The notes: a model not told the origin generated them from the sequence alone. DNA of 19,126 bases from Octopus sinensis (GCF_006345805.1 NW_021824513.1:1-19126); one strand, 5' to 3'. Shown: positions 9,238 through 19,126, counted from the first letter of the stretch. Made by a program: numbers and translations.

Positions 9238-10029
9238 ATGTGTGTGTGTGTGTGTGTGTGTGTATGTAAATATATATCTACAAGCTCGCACGGGCACACA
9301 CATAAATGTATGTATGTATGCACATACACATGTACGTACGCAAATGGGTTTATAGATGCGTATGCGCACGTAAATGTATATGTAGGTATATGCATATAAA
9401 AATGCATATCTGCATGCATGTACGAATGAAAGGGTGTATATATATATGTATATATATATATATACGTATGTATGTATATGCATGTATGTATGTATATATT
9501 ATATATATATATATATCTATATATTATATATATATATATATAATATATATAGATATGTATGTATGTATATATATCACATATATATATTATATACATCTAT
9601 ATCTATCTATATATGTATGTATACACACACACACAAATACTCACGCATATATTTATGTATGTACATATGTGTGTATGTAAGGAGAATGGTGTTATGCTGA
9701 GTATATATATATGTATATATATATAATGTTTGTATGCTAACGTGTATGTGTATGTATGGGTAACTATGTGCAATTGTTAATATGCATCCAGTTGTGTATA
9801 TATGTGTGTGTTTATATGTATCTGTGTATATATATGTGTATGTGCCCGTGTTTATATATATATATATATATGCATATATTTGCATATATGTATGTATATA
9901 TGTATCTGTGTGTATGTGTCTATATATGTGTGTATGTGTATATTTATACATTTCATATTAGCGTACGTTTTTGTATGTATATGTGTGTATATGTGTATGC
10001 ATGTATACACACATGTGTGCATATGTACT

Positions 10030-10075
<46 letters not shown>

Positions 10076-10100
10076 GTGTGTGTGTGTGTGTGTGTCTTTT
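9165..10100. repeat. Compound (TA)n/(TG)n/(TATG)n microsatellite field
   Basis: Seen directly. Confidence 0.92.
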
Positions 10101-10429
10101 GTATATATGTGTGTTTAAAAAGCAGAGTGAGTCGATATGAGAGACAGAATGAACGAACGACGCTGCGATAGTGCTAAGCGAGGTGGTCTTGGATTTTATT
10201 AGAATTTCCGTGGGGACACGAAATTTCCACGTTTATTCGTTTAATCAAAGTATTGAACGTAACAACTCCGTGAAACTGTGTCTCTCCGCTGGGACGCTGA
10301 CTTCCAATGAAATCCGAACAACTTTATACATAATGAAAGACTATCAACTGACAATTGCATTGAAACAAAACGCAGTGCGCTGCATATTTCACGCACACAC
10401 CCCTTCATCAATTTTGCTCCTCACAGCTA

Positions 10430-10577
10430 ATTTACTTGTTGTTGTTGTTGTTGTTGTTGTAGTTACCTTTTGTTTATATTTGTTTTTTTTTGTTTCTGTT
10501 TTGAAATTTTAGTCGTTTTTTTTGCTATTTTCAAGTTGTATATGTATTATTTGCTAATATTGTTGTTGTTGTTGTTA

Positions 10578-10614
<37 letters not shown>

Positions 10615-10627
10615 GTTATTGTTATTA

Positions 10628-10670
<43 letters not shown>

Positions 10671-10692
10671 AATTATAATTATTATTATTATT

Positions 10693-10724
<32 letters not shown>

Positions 10725-11460
10725 TATTATTATTATTATTATTAGTAGTAGTAGTAGTGTTGGTAGTAGTACCACTAGCTGTAGGAGTAGTAGTGATAGC
10801 AATAACAGTATTGGTTGTAGTAGTAGTAGTGTGGGTTGTAGTGGTGTTGGTGGTGCTAGAAGTAGTGGTGATATAGATGATGGTGGTGCTGGTGGTGGTA
10901 GTTGTGGTGGTGATGTTAACACTGGTGGTGGAGATGGAGTTTGATAGTGATAATGCTTGTGGTGGTGGTGGTAGTGGTGCTGGTGGTGAGAATGGTAATG
11001 ATTATTGTGGCGGTGGTAGTGATAGCTGCTGTTGTGGTGGTAGTGGCGTTGGTGATGACTGTAGCAGTGGTGGTGCTTGTGGCGTTGGTGATGGTTATGG
11101 TAGTGGTGGTAGTGGTGGTGGTAAAAATGATGGTGGCGGTGGTAGTGATAGCTTCTGTTGTGGTGGTAGTGGTGGTGGGGAGAATGATGGTGGCGGTGGT
11201 AGTGATAGCTGCTGTTGTGGTAGTAGTGGCGGTGGTGATGACTGTAGCGGTGGTGGTGCTAGTGGCGTTAGTGATGGTTATGGTAGTGGTGGTAGTGGTG
11301 GTGGTGAGAATGATGGTGGCGGTGGTAGTGATAGCTGCTGTTGTGGTGGTAGTGGCGGTGGTGGTGATGTTGGTGGTGGTGTGGAGTAGTTATAGTTGTG
11401 GTGGTGATAGAGATGGTGTGAGATAATGGTGGTGGTGGTGGTGGTGGTGGTGGTGGCACA
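10430..11460. repeat. (GTT)/(ATT)/(ATC)/(AGT)/(GGT) trinucleotide field with internal repeats
   Basis: Motif GGCGGTGGTAGTGATAGCT(G/T)CTGTTGTGGT occurs four times between ~11005 and ~11350. Confidence 0.9.
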
Positions 11461-11576
11461 TGTTTTCCTGCTAACGATATCATTGTGCTGTTCTCGTTGT
11501 TCTCGTTGTTGTTGCTGCTGTCCATTGTTTCCTGCAGTTCTTTCATCTCCTTCTAAGAATAAAAAGCTAATGATGT

Positions 11577-11745
11577 CAAAATGGCCGAATTGAGTAACAA
11601 GGAGGCACCAACACGCATGCGCGTCGTTGAATCTCCGGAAGTGTCCTCTGGAGTCATCGAGGAAGCGAATAATTTCGTTTCTATATTTATGTTGCATGTT
11701 TCAATTTACTTTGTGCAAACTTGATATCAGACACACGCATGCGCA
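11577..11745 (+). promoter_or_regulatory. Candidate promoter-like motif cluster (YY1, NRF1 x2, ETS)
   Basis: CAAAATGGCCG 11577-11587; CGCATGCGC 11614-11622 and 11736-11744; CCGGAAGTG 11635-11643. Motif matches only. Confidence 0.3.
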
Positions 11746-11861
11746 AACATATTTCCATATGTACACACACACAAACACACACAAACACACATAAACGTAC
11801 ACACACACATCTCATACTATTATAATATTCATTTGTGCTTTATGTATATATATATATTATA

Positions 11862-12654
11862 CAGTAATCACTCGCCATACGCGGTTCACTTATCGCGCTC
11901 TCAGTACATCGCGGATTTTTCTGGCTAATATATGTAAATTTATATCGCGGATTTCTGCGGTCGATAGGTATTTATATTTTCTTAGATTTTATTTATTTCT
12001 GTGGTAAAATAAGCGTTTTCACGTCTAAAAGTCAATAAATTAATGAAGATAAAGTACAGCACTGCACAGTGTGGAAAGCGAAACGCCTACGAGTGTGGGG
12101 AGAATTTGTAAAAGCTTAGATATATAAAAATAATAAAATAAATATACTCTTTTACTCTGTTACTTGTTTCAGTCATGTTACTGTGGCCATGCTGGAGCAC
12201 CGCCTTTTAGTCGATCAAATCGACCCCAGGACTTATTCTTTGTAAGCCTAGTACCTTTTATTCGGTCTCCTTTTGCCGAACCGCTATGTTACGGGGACGT
12301 AAACACACCAGCATCGGTTTCAAGCGATGTTGGTGGGACAAACACAGACACACAAACACGCACATACACATATATATGTATACATATATACGACGGGCTT
12401 CTTTCAGTTTCCGTCTACCACATCCCTCACAAGGCTTTGGTCGGCCCGGGGCTATAGTAGAAGACACTTGCCCAAGGTGCCACGCAGTAGGACTGAACCC
12501 GGAACCACGTGGTTGGTAGACAAGCTACTTACCACACAAGATTATAAAAATAAAAAAATTACAGTACAGTACTGTTTCGATTTCGCGGATTTTTACTTAT
12601 TGCGGAGTTGGTAGGGGTTGGAATGTAACACCCGCGATAGTCGAGGGATTACTG
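11862..12654. mobile_element. pogo/Tigger-like (Tc1-mariner superfamily) non-autonomous element, interrupted by a SINE
   Basis: TA|CAGTAATCACTCGCCATACGCGG at the left and CCCGCGATAGTCGAGGGATTACTG|TA at the right (imperfect TIRs; TA duplication at 11860-61 and 12655-56). Internal TCGCGGATTT repeats. No transposase ORF. Confidence 0.85.
12147..12540 (-). mobile_element. SINE family A, near full length, nested in the MITE
   Basis: Reverse complement is colinear with 1347-1760. Confidence 0.92.
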
Positions 12655-12656
12655 TA

Positions 12657-12809
12657 AGGCAGTTTCCGTTTACCAAATCCACTCACAAGATTTTGGTCGG
12701 CCCGAGGCTACAGTAAAAGATACCTGCCCAAGATGCCACACAGTGGGACTGAACCCGGAACCATGTGGTTGGTAAGCAAAATACTTACCACCCAGCCGCT
12801 CCTACGCCT
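12657..12809 (-). mobile_element. SINE family A, 5' half
   Basis: Reverse complement reads AGGCGTAGGAGCGGCTGGGTGGTAAG...GGTTCAGTCCC...GGTAAACGGAAACTG. Confidence 0.88.
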
Positions 12810-13029
12810 ATAAATATACACTCTTTCTATTGTATAAAATTGCAAGAAGCGAATTGAGGATTTAGCCATCGAGTGAAGTACCACGTGATTGTGTACTTTA
12901 AGGAATTTCCCAGTTGTTCCCTATCATTCGATGTGGTTAGCCAGAACTTGGATTACACTAGAGTATAATCCTAATCTAAAGTGGAATATACTAGAGTATA
13001 ATCCAGAGTATAATTCACACACACACACG

Positions 13030-13046
<17 letters not shown>

Positions 13047-13067
<21 letters not shown>

Positions 13068-13092
13068 AATTTATGTGTGTGTGTGTGTGTGT
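13047..13092. repeat. Perfect 46-bp palindrome (AC)9-ATAAATTTAT-(GT)9
   Basis: The central 10-mer is self-complementary and the flanking dinucleotide runs are complementary. Confidence 0.9.
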
Positions 13093-13100
13093 TATTTCAG

Positions 13101-13208
13101 ATTTGCTAGACATTTGACAAGGGGGCAACCGTTTCCGAGAAGGGTTGAGGCAGGGGTGGAAGGTGGGTGGGAAGCGGGGGAGTCACATGTGATATTGTTC
13201 ATTAACAG
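13101..13208 (+). other. Candidate 108-nt exon of an unidentified transcript
   Basis: Acceptor TTATTTCAG|, donor CAG|GTGAGC. Followed by a 55-nt intron-like segment with TTAAC, a pyrimidine tract and TTCATTCAG|. No recognisable protein. Confidence 0.3.
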
Positions 13209-13329
13209 GTGAGCACACAACTTACAAATCCATGTTAACTTTTCGTTGTTGTGTTTCATTCAGAAAGTCCCGCGGGCCGCATGGAGTCCGTGACCGACGC
13301 AGAGATTCCCTTGTTCAGAGAGTTTCTCT

Positions 13330-13478
13330 ATTGTTGTTGTTGTTGTGTGTGTGTGTTAACGTAGAAAGTAATTAATAATGTTGCTGATTTTGTTGTTGCT
13401 GCTGTTGCTGTTGTGAATGGTATTTCCTGCTGTGGTTCTCGGTGTTTTGTGCCTGTTGTTGCTATTACTACTACTACA

Positions 13479-13522
<44 letters not shown>

Positions 13523-13773
13523 AACAACCACCACCACCACCACCACCACCACCACTACTGCTACTATTACAACTACTACTACTACTACTACTACTACAAC
13601 TACTTCTGCTACTACTACCACTACTACTGCTACTACTGCTACAACTACTTTTGCTACTACTACTACCACTACTGCTACTACTACTACAACTACTTCTGCT
13701 ACTACTACCACTACTACCACTACTACTGCTACTACTACTACAACTACTTCTGCTACTACTACAACTACTTCTG

Positions 13774-13813
<40 letters not shown>

Positions 13814-13830
13814 CACTACTACTACTACTG
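13330..13830. repeat. (GTT)n, (CTA)n and (CCA)n trinucleotide tracts
   Basis: Seen directly; source of poly-T/V/L/Y ORFs. Confidence 0.92.
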
Positions 13831-14095
13831 TTACCGGTACTGCTGCTGCCGCTGCTGCCGTTGTTCCTCTTACGCCGCCTCCTCCCACTACCCCCCTACA
13901 TAACGACTGAGGAATTACCATCCCATAATGAGATAAGGTTTTTTTTTTATTTTGTTGTCTTTTTTCTTTCCTTTTGTTTCTTTTTTTCCCCTCCTTCTTT
14001 TATTTTTCTCGTTGTTGTGGTTGTTGTTGTGGTTGTTGTTGTTGTTGTTGTTAATTGTCTTCTGTGCGTTGGAGACGCCGCTGGGGCCCGAAAAA

Positions 14096-14180
14096 CTCTT
14101 TTTCCGCGAAAGATAGACATCTTTGCGGTTTCTCTCTGGAGTCCTTCATAGAAAGATGGCGGCCTGGGGCGGAAGTGAGT
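14096..14180 (+). promoter_or_regulatory. Candidate promoter or first exon: pyrimidine tract, YY1 motif on an ATG, ETS motif, splice donor
   Basis: CTCTTTTTCC 14096-14105; AAGATGGCGGCC 14153-14164; CGGAAGTG 14170-14177 overlapping GAA|GTGAGT (donor 14175-14180). Confidence 0.35.
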
Positions 14181-14284
14181 TTGTGGTTGTGTTTTGCGGT
14201 GCACTTGGTGGTGTCTGCTGTGTAATAATTACAGCAACGATACAGCCATGGCGGTGGCGCCGAGCCGTTGTTGATTGCAGGAGA

Positions 14285-15012
14285 CGGTGGCGTGGTGGTG
14301 GTGGTGGTGGCGGCGGTGGCGGGGTGGTGGTGGTGGTGGTGGTGGTGGTGGTGGTGGCGGTGGTGGTGGCGAATGTTTTGTTATCGTCGTCGTCGTCGTT
14401 GGTGGCAGCGGCAGTGGTGGTGTTGGTGGCGTTGGTGGTGGTGGCGGTGGTGGCGGCGACGGTGTTTGCGGTGGTGATGATGAGGAAGTTGGTACAGGCA
14501 GTGGTATTTTCGTGGTGATGTTTGTGATGCATGCGGTGGTTGTGGTAGTGGTGATAGTAATGGTGGTGTTTGTGATGATGATGATGATGATGATGATGGT
14601 AGCGGTGATGAGGATGATGATGATGATGGTGGTGGTGATGATGATGATGGTGGTGGTGGTGGTGATGATGATGATGATGGTGATGGTGATGATGGTGGTG
14701 GTGATGATGATGATGATAGTGGTGGGGGTGGTGGTGGTGGTGATGATGACGATGACGATGTTGATGATGATATTGGTGAGTGATGACATGATGATGATGG
14801 TGGTGATGATGATGATGATGGTGGTGGTGGTGAGTGGTGGATAATTCACCGTAGACGGTGTTGTGATGGAGATTACTGCCTTGATAAGAGCGTTGGTGGA
14901 TTCAGTGGCTGTCATCCTTGCATGTTTATGGCAATGCTTAAGCGATCTTTGCCTCTCAGAATAGCGATGGAAGCTGTGGATGCTGTACAATTTAGCGGTG
15001 GTAGTGTGTAGT

Positions 15013-15050
<38 letters not shown>

Positions 15051-15150
15051 TTTGTGGTGATATTAGTAACAGTGACAACTATACTGATAACTGTTGCGAT
15101 AGTAGCACCAATGGTAGTAGTAGTAGTAGCAGTAGTTGTAGTAGTAGCAA

Positions 15151-15189
<39 letters not shown>

Positions 15190-15645
15190 CAGTAGTGGCT
15201 GTGGTAGCAGGTGTAATAGTAGATGTTTTTGGTTGCTACTGTGATAGTGTTTGGGTGTTAGTGATGTGGTGGTGGGTGGTGTGTGTTGTAGTTAATTACA
15301 TGGAGGAGAAGGGAAGGAGGGGGTGGTGCTTGATGTCTTATCGAGGAAAAACAACAGCAACAATAATCATAATAATTATAGTAGTATTGATGATGATGAT
15401 GATGATGATGAGGATGATGATGATGATGGTGGTGATGATGATGGTGTGGGTGGTGATGATGATGATGATGGTGTGGTGATGGTGGTGGTGATGATGATGA
15501 TGGTGTTGGTGGTGTGATGAGTGGTGATGGTGATGATGGTGTGGTGATGATGATGATGATAGTGGTGGGGGTGTGGTGGTGGTGATGATGACGATGACGA
15601 TGTTGATGATGATAGTGGTGATGATGATCATGATGATGATGGTGG

Positions 15646-15676
<31 letters not shown>

Positions 15677-15838
15677 GGTGATAATTATAACCGTAGACGG
15701 TGGTTGTGGAGATTACTGCCTTGATAAGAGCGTTGGTGGATTCAGTGGCTGTCATCCTCTGCATGTTTATGGCAATGCTTAAGCGATCCTTTGCCTCTCA
15801 GAATAGCGATGGAAGCTGTGGATGCTGTACAATTTAGC

Positions 15839-15875
<37 letters not shown>

Positions 15876-16364
15876 AGTAGTATTTGTGGTGATATTAGTA
15901 ACAGTGACAACTATCTGATAACTGTTGCGATAGTAGCACCAATGGTAGTAGTAGTAGTAGCAGTATTTGTAGTAGTAGCAATAGTAGTAGTATTAGTAGT
16001 AGTAGTGAGTAGTATAGTAGTAAGTAGTGGCTGTGGTAGCAGGTGTAATAGTAGATGTTTTTGGTGCTACTGTGATAGTGTTTGGGTGTTAGTGATGTGG
16101 TGGTGGGTGGTGTGTGTTGTAGTTAATTACATGGAGGAGAAGGGAAGGAGGGGGTGGTGCTTGATGTCTTATCGAGGAAAAACAACAGCAACAATAATCA
16201 TAATAATTATAGTAGTATTGATGATGATGATGATGATGATGAGGATGATGATGATGATGAGGATGGCAGTGATGGAGATGGTGATGATGATGGTGGTGGT
16301 GGTGATGATGATGGTGATGATGATGGTGATGATGATAGTGATGATGATGGTGATGATGTTATTG

Positions 16365-16419
<55 letters not shown>

Positions 16420-16560
16420 TAATAATAATAATAATAATGATAATAATAATAATAACAACAACAACAACAACAACAACATAATAATAATAATAATAATGAG
16501 AAAGTGCATGATGGCGGCAGCGGTTGTTGTTGTGGTGTGGTGTGGTGGTGGTGGTGGTGG
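14285..16560. repeat. (GGT)/(GAT)/(AGT)/(AAT) field containing an ~840-bp direct tandem duplication
   Basis: ~14715-15430 repeats at ~15558-16260, including unique cores (CCGTAGACGG...GCTGTACAATTTAGCGG and GGAGGAGAAGGGAAGGAGG...GAGGAAAAACAACAGC). Confidence 0.93.
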
Positions 16561-16734
16561 TGCCGAGATAAAGAAGGGAAGGGAAGAGGGGTAACTCGTC
16601 TTCTTTTAAGTGGCTAATTACCACCGTGGGGCTCCGACAGAATTAGTCAGTAGAGTCAGATATTAGAATTCGGTAACGGGATGGGGTTTCCGTTTTATGT
16701 GCACCTAACAATGTATAATTATACGAGAGACTGT

Positions 16735-17142
16735 ATACATACATACATATATACATACATATGTATGTGTATATATACATATATATATGTATATTCATAT
16801 GTAATTATAATATATATATATATGTATATGTATATTTATACATAATTATATATAGATGTGTATGTCTGTGCATGTATGTATAAATGTATGTATATGTATG
16901 CATCTATGTTTGTGTGTATGTTTGTATATATACACGCACGTCCATACGTTTCTCTCTATATATATATGTATATGTATATTATATGTGTGTGCATGTATGT
17001 AGGTATGCACGAACATATATTTATACGTATGTGTTTGTGTGTAGGAATCGGGTATAGAAATCTGTGTGCGCATTTAAATATATATACATATATGTCTCTA
17101 CATATCTTTATATACACATACATACACGCACGCACATATACG

Positions 17143-17173
<31 letters not shown>

Positions 17174-17195
17174 ACACATATATATATATATACAA
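16735..17195. repeat. Compound (TA)/(TATG)/(CA) microsatellite
   Basis: Seen directly. Confidence 0.9.
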
Positions 17196-17410
17196 TTAAA
17201 TCTTATTTTCAAAAATTCTTATTCATTTATTCATCTGCCGCTTACAACCTGTGCTAATAGAGCATAGATGTGGTTTTAGAGCCATTTAGCGTCTATTTCT
17301 AGCATGTTGGTGAGGTTTATCCGTACTCTTTAATATAATCATTTTATGTATAGTAATTATGTTTGCCTCTCAAACCCTCTTTCATGGGGCCGAAGCGATG
17401 ATAGTCCAGG

Positions 17411-17654
17411 GAAGAGGAAATGAAAACTGTAGTGAAGAAGTGGCTCAAAGAATAGCCAACAGAATTTTGCGGGGCAGGGATATATGCTCCCATTCTAAGG
17501 TGGAACATTGCTATTGAGAGAAACGGTGACTATGTCGAGAAGTAGGGATCTGATCCACAGGGGACCAGCTTCATTTTGATGCATGATACATGTTCCTGTG
17601 TTGGTAATTATACGTGTCCTAAACAAGATGGCATTACTTTTTGACTCACCCTCT
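17411..17654 (+). mobile_element. Mariner transposon 3' fragment: transposase C-terminus plus right TIR
   Basis: 17414-17545 reads EEMKTVVKKWLKE*PTEFCGAGIYAPILRWNIAIERNGDYVEK*, a typical mariner ...RW..CI..NGDYVEK ending with one premature TAG at 17453. Ends GGCATTACTTTTTGACTCACCCTCT|TA. Confidence 0.88.
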
Positions 17655-17658
17655 TATA

Positions 17659-17707
<49 letters not shown>

Positions 17708-17785
17708 TATATATATATATAATATATATATGTGTGTGTGTGTGGTGTGTTGTGTGTGTGTGTGTGGTGTGTAATGTGTGTGTGT
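17655..17785. repeat. (TC)n/(TA)n/(TG)n microsatellite
   Basis: Seen directly. Confidence 0.9.
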
Positions 17786-17952
17786 GTCCCAAACACCGCT
17801 TGGCAACCAGTGTTGATGTACTTGTGTCTCGTAACTTAGCAGTCCGGCAAAGGAAACCGATAGAATAAGTACTAGTCTTGAAAAAATATGTAATCATTAG
17901 AGTCGATTTATTCTCGCCTAAAACGTCTTCAATGTGGTGCCCCAGCATGGCC
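17780..17952 (+). mobile_element. SINE family A, diverged 3' half
   Basis: GTAACTTAGCAGTCCGGCAAAGGAAACCGATAGAATAAGTACTAG...GGTGCCCCAGCATGGCC matches 1618-1726. Confidence 0.8.
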
Positions 17953-17988
17953 TCATGACCGCAGCCAGTATACATGGTATAAAAGACA

Positions 17989-18034
<46 letters not shown>

Positions 18035-18195
18035 AATGCGTCTAATGTTTTTTTTTATGTGTTATATAAGCTTAATGCGTAATGTAAATTTGTATATGAA
18101 TGTAATATGAAAATTGAATTGGATGCCTCACCCCCCCTCTGTCTATGTCTGTGTGTCTTTGAGCGTGTGGTCACGTGTGTGTCTGTGTGTATGTT

Positions 18196-18262
18196 TGTGT
18201 TGTAATTTATTATTTAGCATCTGTTCATAACGAACAGATGCTAAATGGTCAATTATTTCACA
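18196..18262 (+). other. 67-nt stem-loop (pre-miRNA-like)
   Basis: Perfect 15-bp stem ATTTAGCATCTGTTC/GAACAGATGCTAAAT with loop ATAAC. It extends to 31 positions with 3 G-U pairs and 3 mismatches. The hairpin is clear; its function is unproven. Confidence 0.5.
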
Positions 18263-18493
18263 CTGGCAGACTCTTTGACAGACCCAAAAAACCCAACGAT
18301 TACAATTGGTAGCGGAACTCTCCACATGAGCAAAAGCAAATGTGATGCATCACCGAGCAAAAACAGGGGGGGGGGGCTTTTGATTGGTCATTCGTGTATA
18401 TGGGTAGATGTTGGACCATGTAGAATGCTCGGGTATTTATCGATCACGGGACGTCGATAGTAATCTAGAGATCCGAGCCCGAGTAAAATATAC

Positions 18494-18817
18494 TGGTACT
18501 CCGTCGGTTACGACGACGAGGGTTCCAGTTGATCCGATCAACGGAACAGCCTGCTCGTGAAAAAATTAACGCGGAAGTGGCGGAGCATTCCACAGACACG
18601 TGTACCCTTAATGTAGTTCTCAGAGAGACACAGAATGTAACAAAGATGGCCCTTTGAAATACGGGTACTACTAATTTTTTTTTCAGCTGAGGGAACTGAA
18701 GCAACGTGGAAAAAAAAACGTCTTGCTCAAGGATACAACGCGTCGCCGGGAATTGAAATCAAGACCTTGCGATCGTAAGCTTAATTACCCCTAATCTCTA
18801 AGCCATGCGCCTTCACG
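18494..18817 (-). mobile_element. tRNA-derived SINE, family B, full length with 14-bp target-site duplication
   Basis: Homologous to 2004-2289; flanked by CGAGTAAAATATAC at 18480-18493 and 18818-18831. Confidence 0.92.
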
Positions 18818-19126
18818 CGAGTAAAATATACCAGTGCAATATTTGGTCGTCCCTAAGAAGATCAGGATCTGAGATAAACAACGAAAATCTGTGTAAAAAA
18901 TAATTGCTGTATCTGTTCTCCAATACGAAGAAACGCCTCTGCAGCATCATAAGACCCTGAGCAAATTAAGACACTGAGCCCATTTATTGACAGCAAACCA
19001 CGACATACACATATAAGAATTGGGTCCCTAAACTCATGAGACCTCAGGGCAAATAACATATTTAATTGCTAACAGCAAGCCACAACGTACAGCGGATAGC
19101 GTCAAACATGCGGCGTCCCTAAACCT

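Noticed and set aside
10110-10430. Unique-looking island with a GTGAGT donor and a 113-aa ORF
   Set aside because: No coherent exon boundaries or recognisable motifs on either strand.
10877-11389. 170-aa ORF resembling a signal peptide plus a Gly/Cys-rich (loricrin-like) protein with four GGGSDSCCCG repeats
   Set aside because: Expected from a (GGT)n-derived field. Differences between the internal repeats are mostly non-synonymous in this frame, and the 'signal peptide' is a (GTG)n run.
13262-13275. GAAAGTCCC motif reminiscent of the RNase MRP CR-I region
   Set aside because: I could not find the complementary P4 partner or the other conserved regions.
14156-14300. Frame MAAWGGSEFVVVFCGALGGVCCVIITATIQPWRWRR resembling a transmembrane segment (e.g. 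protocadherin)
   Set aside because: There is an in-frame stop just upstream, no cadherin repeats, and GT-rich composition explains the hydrophobicity.

Overview
AT-rich, microsatellite-dense eukaryotic DNA. The SINE families look like those I recognise from octopus (coleoid cephalopod) genomes; this attribution is from memory, not a database search. I cannot support any host protein-coding gene: almost all supplied ORFs are read-throughs of simple repeats. The supportable content is transposon debris plus simple repeats. It comprises tRNA-derived SINEs of about three families (11 copies or fragments), a decayed non-LTR reverse transcriptase split by a SINE, an R4/Dong-clade endonuclease fragment next to a TAA tract, a TA-flanked pogo/Tigger-like MITE with a nested SINE, and a mariner 3' end. 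There are also an ~200-bp triplication and an ~840-bp tandem duplication. Best leads: a minimal type-I hammerhead ribozyme-like motif with a variant core (5216-5253) in a Penelope-like repeat, an adjacent 147-bp foldback, a pre-miRNA-like hairpin (18196-18262), and unique-sequence islands with splice and promoter signals (11.5-11.7, 13.1-13.3 and 14.05-14.25 kb) that may belong to an unannotated transcript. All alignments and counts were done by eye.
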